Origin: an uncultured Acidobacteriota bacterium
GTDB lineage: Bacteria; Acidobacteriota; Thermoanaerobaculia; Multivoradales; JAHEKO01
Assembly (NCBI GenBank): GCA_963713825.1
Contig: CAVQNG010000001.1
Location: 96,001-160,000, forward strand
Reading direction: 5' to 3'
Length of the DNA: 64,000 nucleotides
Within the stretch, counting starts at the first letter, position 1. Each line of letters starts with the position of its first letter. The translations under genes were made by a program, and so were the position numbers. Under the pieces are notes generated by a model, which did not search any database, was not told the DNA's origin, and was given only the letters and a program-made list of their open reading frames with translations. Positions 1 to 9,865 of this stretch are shown here, in pieces.

Positions 1-223
1 GCGAATCATTGAAGCCTCCTTGGCGTTTTCGCGGAATCGCGACCGGATTCGAGCCGGCCGCATGACTCGGCACTGGTTTTCCGATCCCTCCAAGCTGTTG
101 AGCTTTCGGCTCGGCGCATCCTAGCATCAGTCGTCGGGATTCCCCGCTTCGATACGCGCAGCACCTGTGGGAGAGTAGTCTGACTGTGGTGAGCTACATC
201 AACCGGCCTGTGCGAGGTGCACC

Positions 224-412
224 ATGAACAAGATTCCGTTCAACGTCGTCGAACGCAATGATCTGTCGCCTCTTTGCCCTCACTGTGGCAAGGAGTTGAC
301 GGAGATCTATCGCAAGTCGAGAGGAGCAGGGTTGATTGTCGGGCGTAACAGCATCTTCTTCTGCCCGCACTGCAGAAAGGTCCTGGGATTCGGCCAGAGC
401 CGGATGGCTTGA
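224..412 (+). CDS. Small zinc-ribbon protein (62 aa)
   Basis: Two CPHC motifs; GAGGT RBS before the ATG. Confidence 0.75.
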   Translation: MNKIPFNVVERNDLSPLCPHCGKELTEIYRKSRGAGLIVGRNSIFFCPHCRKVLGFGQSRMA

Positions 413-440
413 GACAGTGGCCCGGCTCCCGGTTCCTGAA

Positions 441-878
441 CTACCTTCTTTTCGAATCGCTATTCCACATCCAGTGAGTTGCCAGCCACTGGCCATCGGG
501 CTGCTTGCGCAGCACTCCCAGGAATTTCCCGGCGTCGTTGATTGGCTCGGACTGCTCCTGCATGGTGTAGGACCATCGATAGTTGCAGCGCACGAAGGCC
601 AGGTCACCACAGCCATCGAATTCCTGAGGCGTGAGGCTGAGATCGTGGACTCGGAAGTTCATTTCCTCGATCCACTGGAGCCAGGCTTCGCGACCTTCCT
701 TGGTGGCGTGTCTGGGAGGCATGGTGACGCAACCCGGGGCCATCAGTTCTTTGACGCTCCGCCAATTATTGGCCTTCTCCAGATGCTCCATGCGTATCAG
801 GTAGGTGTCGATGGCAGTCCTATCCATTGGCGAGAGAACTGTTGCGTCTTCGGGTGGAGCGGTGGCGATAGGATTCAT
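441..878 (-). CDS. NTF2-like/DUF4440 (YybH-like) protein
   Basis: GDLAFVR...GKFLGVLRKQPDGQW...MWNSD pattern of SnoaL/DUF4440 folds; GGAAG RBS. Confidence 0.8.
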   Translation of the reverse strand: MNPIATAPPEDATVLSPMDRTAIDTYLIRMEHLEKANNWRSVKELMAPGCVTMPPRHATKEGREAWLQWIEEMNFRVHDLSLTPQEFDGCGDLAFVRCNYRWSYTMQEQSEPINDAGKFLGVLRKQPDGQWLATHWMWNSDSKRR

Positions 879-1100
879 GGCTTCCTCCGTTTCCAGGATC
901 GCTGCGGGAGTCGTAGCTCCGATTCAAACCTTCGGTAGCTCGGCGGTCGTTGGAATCTCCGCGGGCAACGGAGGTGCCGATGATCCGTAGCTTTGTGTCC
1001 CCGGTCCGGCCAGGGTTACCTTTATCGAGGTACCTACCAGCCTACTCCTGCCAGCAACGCGGTGCAAATGGGTCGCCCCAGGTGAGTGTTAGTAGGCGGC

Positions 1101-1934
1101 TCAGTCCGAGAGAATGGTGTCGGGACCGTGAGTCTCGATGTCTTGGGAGATCTTCTCGACAATTAGATCCCGACGGGCCAGGAGCGCCCGGATTTGAGCC
1201 CTGTCGATGAGGCCTTCGAGCAGGGTGGTCAGGCTGTCACCGTTCAGGTCTTGTAGCTTTGCATTGAGGTCGTGGGATAGGCGCGCCGGTCGCTTGACGA
1301 AGTTCTCGGGCAATTCAGTCTGGGTTCGGAATGCGCGAGAGTGATCGATCAGATACAACCTCAGATCGTCATGGCCGATGAGCCAATTCTCAGTCCTGCG
1401 ATCGGTGTTGTAGATCAGGGCATCGAAGAGGTGCATTGTGCTCTTCTGGCGCGCCAAATCGATGCGCTCCTGCGTTGTCAGCGACCGGCCGAGCTGCGCT
1501 TCCATGGAGGCGTTCTCGAGCCATTGGACAAGGGCGCCGTCTCGACCTTTGATCTTGCGAATCACAGCTACTGGAACTCGATGGATCCCCAATACTCGAT
1601 CGAGAAGGTACGCTGCTCGCTCGTACTTGTAGCTGTCGGTGAAGTTGAGCTCGCTTCTTCCGGAACCAAAGCGGGTCCTGCCGCGCTTCACCTTGTTCAC
1701 GTGTTTGAAGATCGCCTGAATCCTCTCGCCTTCGCATTCGACGACGAGACGCTTCGGCTTGGTTATGCCGATTGGTACCTCGAATTCTTCTACGACTACA
1801 CCTTGGGAGAGGCAGTCCTCGACTGCGAGATCTTCGGGTCCGCGTGTTTCAGCACCGAGAGAAGCTCCTTCGAGACTGAGGACTCTCAGCGCAACGACTG
1901 CGATCCCACCGAGAAATAGAGTTGGGGTCTTCAC
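1101..1934 (-). CDS. Secreted atypical kinase-like protein (PI3/4K / Fam20-like fold)
   Basis: N-terminal hydrophobic signal; AIFK, ERAAY, FDALIYNTDR...NWL and LIDHSRAF kinase-like motifs. Confidence 0.65.
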   Translation of the reverse strand: MKTPTLFLGGIAVVALRVLSLEGASLGAETRGPEDLAVEDCLSQGVVVEEFEVPIGITKPKRLVVECEGERIQAIFKHVNKVKRGRTRFGSGRSELNFTDSYKYERAAYLLDRVLGIHRVPVAVIRKIKGRDGALVQWLENASMEAQLGRSLTTQERIDLARQKSTMHLFDALIYNTDRRTENWLIGHDDLRLYLIDHSRAFRTQTELPENFVKRPARLSHDLNAKLQDLNGDSLTTLLEGLIDRAQIRALLARRDLIVEKISQDIETHGPDTILSD

Positions 1935-2098
1935 GTCTTCCGTTGGCTGTCGCCGACTCTCGACTTCGCCAATTCGATCGACAATCGGCTCCTACCACTC
2001 ATCTACTGATCGCGATCCGCTGTGGCAAACAATACCAGGTTCGAACTGCCCGCTTCGGTCCTGAAGTCTGCTAGGTTCTCCAACGGAGGGATGGAACG

Positions 2099-3763
2099 AT
2101 GCGAAGGCAAGGCTTCATTGGCTTGGTAGCTATTCTCGCGTGCGCAGGTGCGGTGGTTGCTGACTCCAACACCGAGTCCCTGACCGAGCTCGTCCAGCAG
2201 CTCGGTGAGGTGAAGATCGAGACTCGATCGGCGGAGGAGTACGAGGTGGCTGCCGCCACTTATCGAGGGTTGTTGGGGCGACTGGAGTCGGTCGATCGAG
2301 ACGCCTTGAACGTTGACGATGCGATCGACGCGGAGCTGCTCGAGGCTCGATTGGAGACCCGACTGTTCGAGATCGAAGAGTTGAGGTTGCACGAAGTGGT
2401 GCCGGTTTTCTACCTGGCTTTGTGGAAGACCAGCAGCTTGTTCATTCGCCCTTGTGCTCATCCCGACAAGGAGGTCGCCGAGTCCCGGGACGAGCTGCTG
2501 CGATTGCCAGAGATCCTGACCAATGCGCGGGCCAACCTGAAGCGACCGGCTCGCACCTGGACTGACAACGCCATCTATACGAGCCGGTACGCAGAGTTGA
2601 TGCTCGGTGAGATGCTGCCCTCCGTGTGCGTCGACGATGCCGATCTGAAAAAGGAGTTTCTGGCTGCGGGAACCGAGGCCCTGGCTGCCGTTCGAGAGTT
2701 CTCGAGTTGGATGGAAACCGACTTGCTGCCCAGGTCGGATCGCTCGCCAACCTGGAGTCCTGAAGAGGTGGAGTTTTACCAGTTCGTCCACGAAGGCCTC
2801 GAGGAGTACAGCGTTGACGAGATGCTGAGGATTGCCGAGGAGGACGAGGCTGCCACATGGGCTGCAATGGAGGCTCTCGCAGCCCGGATTCATCCAACCG
2901 GTGATGTCCTTACCGTCTGGGAGCTGATGAAGGAGGAGTCGCCTCCGTGGTCCGAGGTCCAGCCCATGGCAGAACGGTATGTGGCTCTTGCCGATGGCTG
3001 GCTTCGGGGGTCTGGGTCTCACATCGTGGATATTCCGGAAGAGTTCGACTATGGGGTGCAGACGACCTCTCCCATGGGGCGCAGGATCCTCTCTTTCGGG
3101 GGAGCCTCGTACGGACCCACGATCGCGGGGAGAATCTCGGGATACTACGTACTGACCCCACTGGAGGATGGACTCACCAACGAAGAGAGACGGAGTCGTC
3201 TGAAGTCCTACAACCCCTACTGGACGCACGTCATCTCGTACCACGAGTGGGTCGGGCACAACGTGCAGCGCGCTATCGCCGAGGAGCATCTCGAACGCCC
3301 GATGCGGCGGATGTACCCGTCGATCTACCTGAGTCAGGCCTGGTCGTTCTATCTCGAGAAGCTCTTTGAGGACGAGGGCTACTACGAAGCCGTTCTACCT
3401 CATATGGAGGCGCTCAAGACCCGAATGGCCCGATTGCAAATGAGGATGTGGCGGATCCAGCGGATCCTGACCAAGCTCCGCATGGCCAAGGGCGAGATGA
3501 GCTTCGACGAAGCGGTAACGGCGTACGTCGAGAAGATCGGCATGGAGCCGACGAATGCCTTCATCGAAGTGCAGCGGGATTCTCAGAACCCCTCACCCCC
3601 CGGGCGCGAGATCATCGGCGAGATCCTCATCCTGGAGATGCGAGAAGAGTATGAGCGCCGATTCGGCGAGCACTTTCAGCTGAAGAACTTCCACGAGGCA
3701 CTACTGAGCTATGGAGAGCTCCCCTTGCCGGTGATTCGGCGGTTGATGTTCGGGGACATCTAA
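2099..3763 (+). CDS. DUF885 family protein (putative metallopeptidase-like), secreted
   Basis: Signal peptide; YHEWVGHNVQ; C-terminal FQLKNFHEALLSYGELPLP typical of DUF885. Confidence 0.8.
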   Translation: MRRQGFIGLVAILACAGAVVADSNTESLTELVQQLGEVKIETRSAEEYEVAAATYRGLLGRLESVDRDALNVDDAIDAELLEARLETRLFEIEELRLHEVVPVFYLALWKTSSLFIRPCAHPDKEVAESRDELLRLPEILTNARANLKRPARTWTDNAIYTSRYAELMLGEMLPSVCVDDADLKKEFLAAGTEALAAVREFSSWMETDLLPRSDRSPTWSPEEVEFYQFVHEGLEEYSVDEMLRIAEEDEAATWAAMEALAARIHPTGDVLTVWELMKEESPPWSEVQPMAERYVALADGWLRGSGSHIVDIPEEFDYGVQTTSPMGRRILSFGGASYGPTIAGRISGYYVLTPLEDGLTNEERRSRLKSYNPYWTHVISYHEWVGHNVQRAIAEEHLERPMRRMYPSIYLSQAWSFYLEKLFEDEGYYEAVLPHMEALKTRMARLQMRMWRIQRILTKLRMAKGEMSFDEAVTAYVEKIGMEPTNAFIEVQRDSQNPSPPGREIIGEILILEMREEYERRFGEHFQLKNFHEALLSYGELPLPVIRRLMFGDI

Positions 3764-3898
3764 TCCGGTATTCGGTTCTTAGTCCTACTTATTGCTATAT
3801 CTGCATACCTACAGAGGCTTGCTTCCGTCTGTGGACGGGAGCATGCTTGTGAGCGAAGGCTGAACCGATAAAGCAGTCAAACGTGGGGGTGTCTGCTG

Positions 3899-5431
3899 AT
3901 GAAGACCCGATATCTGGTCCTAGTGTCGATTTTGGTTGCTTCGATTGCTGCTTCCATTCAGATTGGGTGTAGCAGCGAGAACAGCCCGACGGAGCCAACG
4001 AGTCCTTCGATCGAATCCTCGTCTCAGGTCGGCTCGGGGGGAGAAGTGGGTCTGCCCGAGCAGGTGACAGGCCCCGGAGTCGACCTCGAGAAGTTCACCA
4101 ATGGTATCGATGCCGATGATCCACCTGGACCGTCGATCCCGATCGGCGACTCGGTGGAGTGGACCTATCAGGTAACAAACATTGGCGATGTGGCCCTGTC
4201 CAGTGTCGTTGTCGACGACGATCAGTTGAGTTCAATCACCTGCCCCGCAGATGCTCTGCGGCCTGGTCAGTCCATGACCTGCACGGCAACCGGGAACGCG
4301 ATCGAGGGTCTCTATCGCAACGAAGGGCGTGTGCGGGCCAGCGACGGCACAAACCGTGTCTCCGATGTGGATCTGAGTCACTACACAGGGACCGACGATG
4401 CCGCCGCGGCGATCGAGGTCCAGAAGTCGACCAATGGAGAAGATGCGGATAGCGCTCCAGGTCCCATCGTCAATGTCGGAGATGCGGTCGACTGGACCTA
4501 CGTCGTGACGAACATCGGCAACGTCGAAATTGCGCAATTGACGGTGACCGACAGACCGGAAGGGCCTGTTCCGTGTCGGCTGGACAGTCTCGCTCCGGGT
4601 GAGTCGACCACTTGTGCCCTCAGCGGTGGGATCGCCGTGGCTGGGCAGTACTCGAATCAGGCCACGGCCACGGCTCAGTCGCGCCTCGGCGAGGTTTCCG
4701 ACACCGATCCGAGCCACTACTTCGGTTCCGATCCGGATGTCGAGCTCGACAAGTTGACGGACGGCGGAGATGGCCTGGAGCTCCCGGTCGGGTGCTCGTT
4801 GACCTGGACCTATGAAGTCACCAATACAGGCAATATCGACCTGACGGAGATCGTTGTTACCGATGACAAGCAAGGTACTGCCAGGTGCCCGAGCAGCTCT
4901 CTGGAGCCCAACGATTCCATGACCTGTCAGCTCAGTGGCACGGTAGCCGAAGGTCTCTACGAAAATGTCGGCGGCGTCAGGGCCAACGCCCAGGTGGACA
5001 ATGCGGTCGAAGCCACCGACGGCAGCAGCTACACGGGGGTGGTTGTGCCACCGACCTGCGATGATGCCTACCCTAGCGAGGACATCCTGTGGCCTCCGAA
5101 TCACAAGTTCGTCTCGGTGAGCATCATGGGGGTGGAGGATGCGTGCGGACAATCGACGACGATCACGGTCGATAGCATCTATCAGGACGAACCGGTGAAC
5201 GGCTTGGGTGACGGCGATTCCTCGCCGGACGGAACGGGTGTGGGATCGAGCTCGGCTCAGATCAGGGCAGAGCGTTCGGGCACCGCTGACGGTAGGGTCT
5301 ATCACATCGGCTTCACTGCGACAGACGATCGAGGAGTGACTTGCGAAGGCCTGGTCAAGGTGGGTGTCCCGCATGACAAGAAGGACACGCCCATCGACGG
5401 GGGGCCGCTTTTCGACTCGACGGGGAACTGA
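3899..5431 (+). CDS. Lipoprotein with three DUF11/DUF7507-like Ig repeats and an LWPPNHK domain
   Basis: Lipobox-like IGC; three K.T[ND]G...WTY.VTN.G repeats; C-terminal LWPPNHK...RAERSG..DGRVY module. Confidence 0.75.
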   Translation: MKTRYLVLVSILVASIAASIQIGCSSENSPTEPTSPSIESSSQVGSGGEVGLPEQVTGPGVDLEKFTNGIDADDPPGPSIPIGDSVEWTYQVTNIGDVALSSVVVDDDQLSSITCPADALRPGQSMTCTATGNAIEGLYRNEGRVRASDGTNRVSDVDLSHYTGTDDAAAAIEVQKSTNGEDADSAPGPIVNVGDAVDWTYVVTNIGNVEIAQLTVTDRPEGPVPCRLDSLAPGESTTCALSGGIAVAGQYSNQATATAQSRLGEVSDTDPSHYFGSDPDVELDKLTDGGDGLELPVGCSLTWTYEVTNTGNIDLTEIVVTDDKQGTARCPSSSLEPNDSMTCQLSGTVAEGLYENVGGVRANAQVDNAVEATDGSSYTGVVVPPTCDDAYPSEDILWPPNHKFVSVSIMGVEDACGQSTTITVDSIYQDEPVNGLGDGDSSPDGTGVGSSSAQIRAERSGTADGRVYHIGFTATDDRGVTCEGLVKVGVPHDKKDTPIDGGPLFDSTGN

Positions 5432-5599
5432 GCGCAAGGCAGCTTCGGACGGAGACTGCAGTCGGGTGTGAGACCCGACAGGGTGGGACTGTCGCTGATC
5501 GGGTATCTCCAGAATCCCTGCTCCAGCGCCTCAGCAAGCGCTACAATTCGGCATATCGAGAATAGGTCATCAAGACTCGACATCGAGTGGGAGATCTGA

Positions 5600-6085
5600 A
5601 TGCTGCAATCGAACGAGGCCTGGAATCGAACGCTCCTCCCTGGCATCCTGTTGCTGATGATTGCTGTCAGTGGCGTGGCGTCGGCGCAGGTCTATGGCGA
5701 TGGGGTTGAAGTGGAAGTGCCGACCCCGATTCACGAAATCCTCGCTGACCCGGACGCCTACCTCGGTCAGGTCGTACGGGTCGATGGACAGGTTCTGGAT
5801 GTCTGTCCGAGAAAGGGCTGTTGGATCGAGCTCGGCGACGATTCGGAGAGCATGCAGATCAAAGTCGACGACGATGTCATCGTCTTTCCGTCGAATGCCA
5901 AAGGCCGGGTTGCTGCAGCTCAGGGGAGGGTCGAGGCCGTTGAGATGGGCCGGGAGGAGTACCTCCGCTACCTGGCTCATTTGGCGGCGGAGCGCGGCGA
6001 TGATTTCGACGCCGAGACGGCTGAGATCGGGCCAGGCCCCTTCCGGCTGATCCGGATTCGCGGTACCGGGGCGCGGATCGAGTGA
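5600..6085 (+). CDS. DUF4920-like OB-fold secreted protein
   Basis: Signal peptide; V.G.VLDVCPRKGCWIEL motif. Confidence 0.75.
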   Translation: MLQSNEAWNRTLLPGILLLMIAVSGVASAQVYGDGVEVEVPTPIHEILADPDAYLGQVVRVDGQVLDVCPRKGCWIELGDDSESMQIKVDDDVIVFPSNAKGRVAAAQGRVEAVEMGREEYLRYLAHLAAERGDDFDAETAEIGPGPFRLIRIRGTGARIE

Positions 6086-6639
6086 TCCCCACACCTCGGG
6101 GAGTGGGCGACCTCACGATTCTCGGCTGGGTCGTCTTTCTGGCCTATTTTGCTGTTGCTGCCCTCTGCTACCGAGCCGCTACCCTTTGTTGGCGTGAAGG
6201 TGGGGGGTCGCGGCGAATGGGCCGGGTCTGGGTCGCCTTTGCTGGCGTTTTGGTGCTCTTGGGAGCCAACAAGCAACTCGACCTACACGTCTGGCTCAAC
6301 GCCTATGGCAGGAAGCTCGCCGAGTCGGAAGGGTGGTATCAGAATCGAGGCATCGCCCAGGTGACGTTCTTCTCGGGTTTTGCGGTCGCCGTGCTGGTAG
6401 TTTGTTTCTTTTTGATCTGGATGGGCTGGGGGCAGCTTCGGCCGCTGGCCGGAGCATTCATGGGCCTGGCGGGTTTGGCGGCATTCCTCTTGATCAGGGC
6501 GATCTCTTTCGACGTGGTGGACTTGCGAACCTACATCGGTGGCATCAAGCTACATGCGCTTCTGGAGGTTGCCGGGCTCCTCTTGATCGGAGTCTCGGCC
6601 CTCCACTTCGTCAAATCTTCAGACCAGGTTCTGCCCTAG
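6082..6639 (+). CDS. Conserved integral membrane protein
   Basis: About 5 hydrophobic segments; LGANKQLDL and GWYQNR motifs; GTGA overlap with the upstream stop. Confidence 0.7.
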   Translation: MIPTPRGVGDLTILGWVVFLAYFAVAALCYRAATLCWREGGGSRRMGRVWVAFAGVLVLLGANKQLDLHVWLNAYGRKLAESEGWYQNRGIAQVTFFSGFAVAVLVVCFFLIWMGWGQLRPLAGAFMGLAGLAAFLLIRAISFDVVDLRTYIGGIKLHALLEVAGLLLIGVSALHFVKSSDQVLP

Positions 6640-6697
6640 CGACCAGCGCCGGAGATATCAGAGCCAGCCTCGCCAGGCCAGTTTGTGAAGGAGGCCC

Positions 6698-7933
6698 ATG
6701 ATGTCGCTCGAAATCACCCCCCAGCTGAGAGAGGAGCTGCGCAGTCACTTTCCTGCGCTGGCAACCGGCAAGGTGTATCTGGAGAACGCCGGGGGCTCGC
6801 AGGTCCCTGTGCAGGTAGCCGATCGAATTCGTGACTATTTATTGGAGAGCTATGTCCAATTGGGCGCAGGCTATGGCCTCTCCAAGCACAGCACAGAACT
6901 GGTCCACCAGGCCCACTCGTCAGTCCGGCTTCTCATGGGAGGGAAGGAAGATGAGGGCGCGGTGATTCTCGGCTCCTCGGCCTCCTCGCTTCTGCAGATG
7001 CTCTCTGATTGCTACTCGCGAGTCCTGCAGGCGGGACAGGAGGTGATCGTGGCCGAGACGGGCCACGAAGCCAATGTCGGTCCCTGGACCCGGCTCGATC
7101 GTCATGGTATCGAAACTCGCTGGTGGAGGATGAATCCCGAGGATTTCTCCTGCTCGCTGGATCAACTCGAGGACCTTCTGTCGAATCGTACGGCCCTGGT
7201 TGCCTTCCCCCATGTCTCGAATCTCCTTGGGGAGATCGTAGACATTCGCCACATCACGAACTTGGTGCATGAAGCTGGAGCGCGAGTGGTGGCGGATGGG
7301 GTCGCTTTCGCTCCGCATCGAGCCATGAGGGTCTCCGAATGGGGCGTGGACTGGTATGTGTATTCGACCTACAAGGTCTATGGTCCCCACATGGCTGCTC
7401 TTTGGGGGCGTAGCGATGCCCTGGGGGAGTTGACCGGCCCGAATCACTACTTCATTCGCGACGTGCCCTATCAATTCGAGCTCGGAGGCCCCTCCCATGA
7501 AGGCTGCGCGGGTCTTCTGGGGTTGTCGGATTACCTGGAGAAGGTCGTCGGGGTGGAGGAGGGCAGTTTAGGCAGGTCGGATATCGACCAGGCCTTCGAG
7601 GTCATGGCTGCCTGCGAACAGCCGGTGCAGGCCAGGCTCCTGGAGTATCTACGATCGAGAGAAGACGTCCGGATCGTCGGCCCCGAGGTGGACGGGCCGG
7701 CAAGAGTCGGCACGATCAGCTTCGTTCATGCCGACAAGAGCTCGCAGGCCATCACCGAAGTAGTGGATCGAACCGAGATCGGAATTCGTCACGGTCATAT
7801 GTATGCCTATCGCCTCTGTGAGGCGCTCGATCTGGCACCCGATGACGGAGTCGTTCGGGTCAGTCTTGTGCACTACAACACACCGGACGAGATCGAAAGG
7901 CTCATCGAGGTCCTCGATCAGGCGCTCGCCTGA
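6698..7933 (+). CDS. Class V PLP aminotransferase / cysteine desulfurase-like protein
   Basis: YLENAGGSQVP, HEANVGPW, STYKVYGPH (PLP Lys), VRVSLVHYN. Confidence 0.9.
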   Translation: MMSLEITPQLREELRSHFPALATGKVYLENAGGSQVPVQVADRIRDYLLESYVQLGAGYGLSKHSTELVHQAHSSVRLLMGGKEDEGAVILGSSASSLLQMLSDCYSRVLQAGQEVIVAETGHEANVGPWTRLDRHGIETRWWRMNPEDFSCSLDQLEDLLSNRTALVAFPHVSNLLGEIVDIRHITNLVHEAGARVVADGVAFAPHRAMRVSEWGVDWYVYSTYKVYGPHMAALWGRSDALGELTGPNHYFIRDVPYQFELGGPSHEGCAGLLGLSDYLEKVVGVEEGSLGRSDIDQAFEVMAACEQPVQARLLEYLRSREDVRIVGPEVDGPARVGTISFVHADKSSQAITEVVDRTEIGIRHGHMYAYRLCEALDLAPDDGVVRVSLVHYNTPDEIERLIEVLDQALA

Positions 7934-8002
7934 ACGGCCAGAATCACCTGAGAATTGTTGACAATCCGCCTTCTCCAGTCGAGAAGAGAGGAGAGCCGTG
8001 TC

Positions 8003-8018
8003 TGTGACACATTTCACA
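8003..8018. promoter_or_regulatory. CRP/FNR-family box TGTGA-N6-TCACA upstream of DUF1800-DUF1501
   Basis: Exact TGTGAcacattTCACA; a GATAAT -10-like hexamer at 8041-8046 puts the box centre near -42. Confidence 0.65.
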
Positions 8019-8082
8019 ATTCGAATAGGTCTGCCTGCCGGATAATCGCCTTCCCCTTCGAGTAACCAGGAGAGGAGTTGTC

Positions 8083-9834
8083 ATGGCCGAACAGGCGGAT
8101 TCGCGACAGCACGAAGTAGATCGTCGAAACCTCATGAAGTCCTTGGGGCTGGGTGCCGCGGCAGCTGGCACGGGTGCTGTGGCCGTCCCAGAGGTGGCTG
8201 AATCAGCGGCCTTGGTGGGCCCAGCGATGCGGCGGGAGCGGGAGCCGGCTCGGCCGATGCCAGCGCTACCGGCCGCACCGCCGATATCGATCCTCGCCCT
8301 GAACCGGATGGGCTTCGGGCCGAGACCCGGTGACCGCGCCGCATTCAACGCGCTGGGTGGCACACCGGAAGACAGGCTGGCGGCTTACGTAGCTCAGCAG
8401 CTGGACCCTGACTCGATCGACGACAGCGATGTCGAAGCACGAATCGCCGCCGCCAACTACGACTCGGTGGATCTGAGCCCCGACCCCGACACTTACCTCC
8501 AGATCCTCTGGGCTTGGTACATCAACGACGACGGTGCGCCCGGCGGCCGCAACTCGACCGGCATCCCCCGGGATGAGCTGATCCGCGCGACCTTCATGCG
8601 CGCCATGTACTCCAAGCGGCAGCTGCTCGAGGTCATGACCGGCTTCTGGCACGACCATTTCAATGTCTATATCGACAGGTCGTCGTGGGTGCGGTCAACG
8701 ATGCCGCACCTGAATCTGCAACTCCGCACCAACGCCCTTGGCAATTTCAGGGCGATGTTGGAGAAAGTCGCCAAGAGCCCCTCCATGCTGCACTACCTGG
8801 ACAACTACACGAGCTCCAACGGTGGCCCCAACGAGAACTTCAGCCGCGAGCTGTTCGAGCTGCACACGCTCGGCTCCGAGAACTACTTGGGCGTGATGCC
8901 CCAGAACGAGGTGCCGAAAGACGGTGCCGGCCGGCCGGTGGGCTACGTTGACGCCGATGTCTTCGAGGCAACGCGGTGCTTTACGGGATGGTCTTTCTCC
9001 TTTGGAACGGAAGACGACGGCGACACGGGCCTGTTCTACTACCGGGCCGGTTGGCACGATCGGTTTCAGAAGTACGTACTCGGGAACTTCCTGCCGGCCG
9101 ACCAGCCGGACAAGAAGGACGGCCGTGACGTCTTGAACTTCCTCGCTTCGCATCCTGGCACGGGTCGGTACATCGCGCGCAAGCTCTGCCGCAGGTTCAT
9201 CGGCGACGATCCGCCGCAGAACGTTATCGATGCTGCTGCCGCAGTCTTCACCGCTCAATGGCAGGCAGCGGACCAGATCAAGCAGGTGCTGGAGGTCATT
9301 CTTCTGTCGGACGAGTTCAAGAACACCTGGGGCGAGAAGATCAAGCGGCCGTTCGAGATCGCGGTGAGCGCACTTCGGGCCGGCAACGCGAACATCACCC
9401 TGAAGATGGACCATTACGACACCAGCGACTTTCTCTGGCGCTACTACGGGACAGGCCAATGGCCCTACGGCTGGCCGGCTCCCGATGGCTACCCGGACGT
9501 TCGCGGTGCCTGGAAGAGCATGACGCCGCGCGTCATGAGCTGGCGGTTGTGTGGCTGGCTCGTCGACTGGGACAACGACTCCGGCAAGCACTACATCAAT
9601 GTCCTGGGTCAGACACCGACCTCATTGCGCTCGGCCACCGCACTGGCCGACTTCTGGATCGATCGAATCCTCGGCCGAGAGATGGAACCCGACGACCGTC
9701 AGGAAATCGTCGACTTCATGGCACAAGGCGTCAATCCGGACTTCGACCTCGATTTCAGCGACGAGGACACGACCGATCGATTGCGTTCGATGGTGGCGCT
9801 GATCTTCATGTCACCCGAGTTCCTGTGGCGGTAA
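8083..9834 (+). CDS. DUF1800 family protein, Tat-exported
   Basis: DRRNLMK twin-arginine signal; RMGFGPRPG, FWHDHFNV, MLHYLDN, PNENFSRELFELHTLG. Confidence 0.9.
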   Translation: MAEQADSRQHEVDRRNLMKSLGLGAAAAGTGAVAVPEVAESAALVGPAMRREREPARPMPALPAAPPISILALNRMGFGPRPGDRAAFNALGGTPEDRLAAYVAQQLDPDSIDDSDVEARIAAANYDSVDLSPDPDTYLQILWAWYINDDGAPGGRNSTGIPRDELIRATFMRAMYSKRQLLEVMTGFWHDHFNVYIDRSSWVRSTMPHLNLQLRTNALGNFRAMLEKVAKSPSMLHYLDNYTSSNGGPNENFSRELFELHTLGSENYLGVMPQNEVPKDGAGRPVGYVDADVFEATRCFTGWSFSFGTEDDGDTGLFYYRAGWHDRFQKYVLGNFLPADQPDKKDGRDVLNFLASHPGTGRYIARKLCRRFIGDDPPQNVIDAAAAVFTAQWQAADQIKQVLEVILLSDEFKNTWGEKIKRPFEIAVSALRAGNANITLKMDHYDTSDFLWRYYGTGQWPYGWPAPDGYPDVRGAWKSMTPRVMSWRLCGWLVDWDNDSGKHYINVLGQTPTSLRSATALADFWIDRILGREMEPDDRQEIVDFMAQGVNPDFDLDFSDEDTTDRLRSMVALIFMSPEFLWR

Positions 9835-9865
9835 CCAAGGCAGGCGGAGAGGAGCAAAAACCGGT

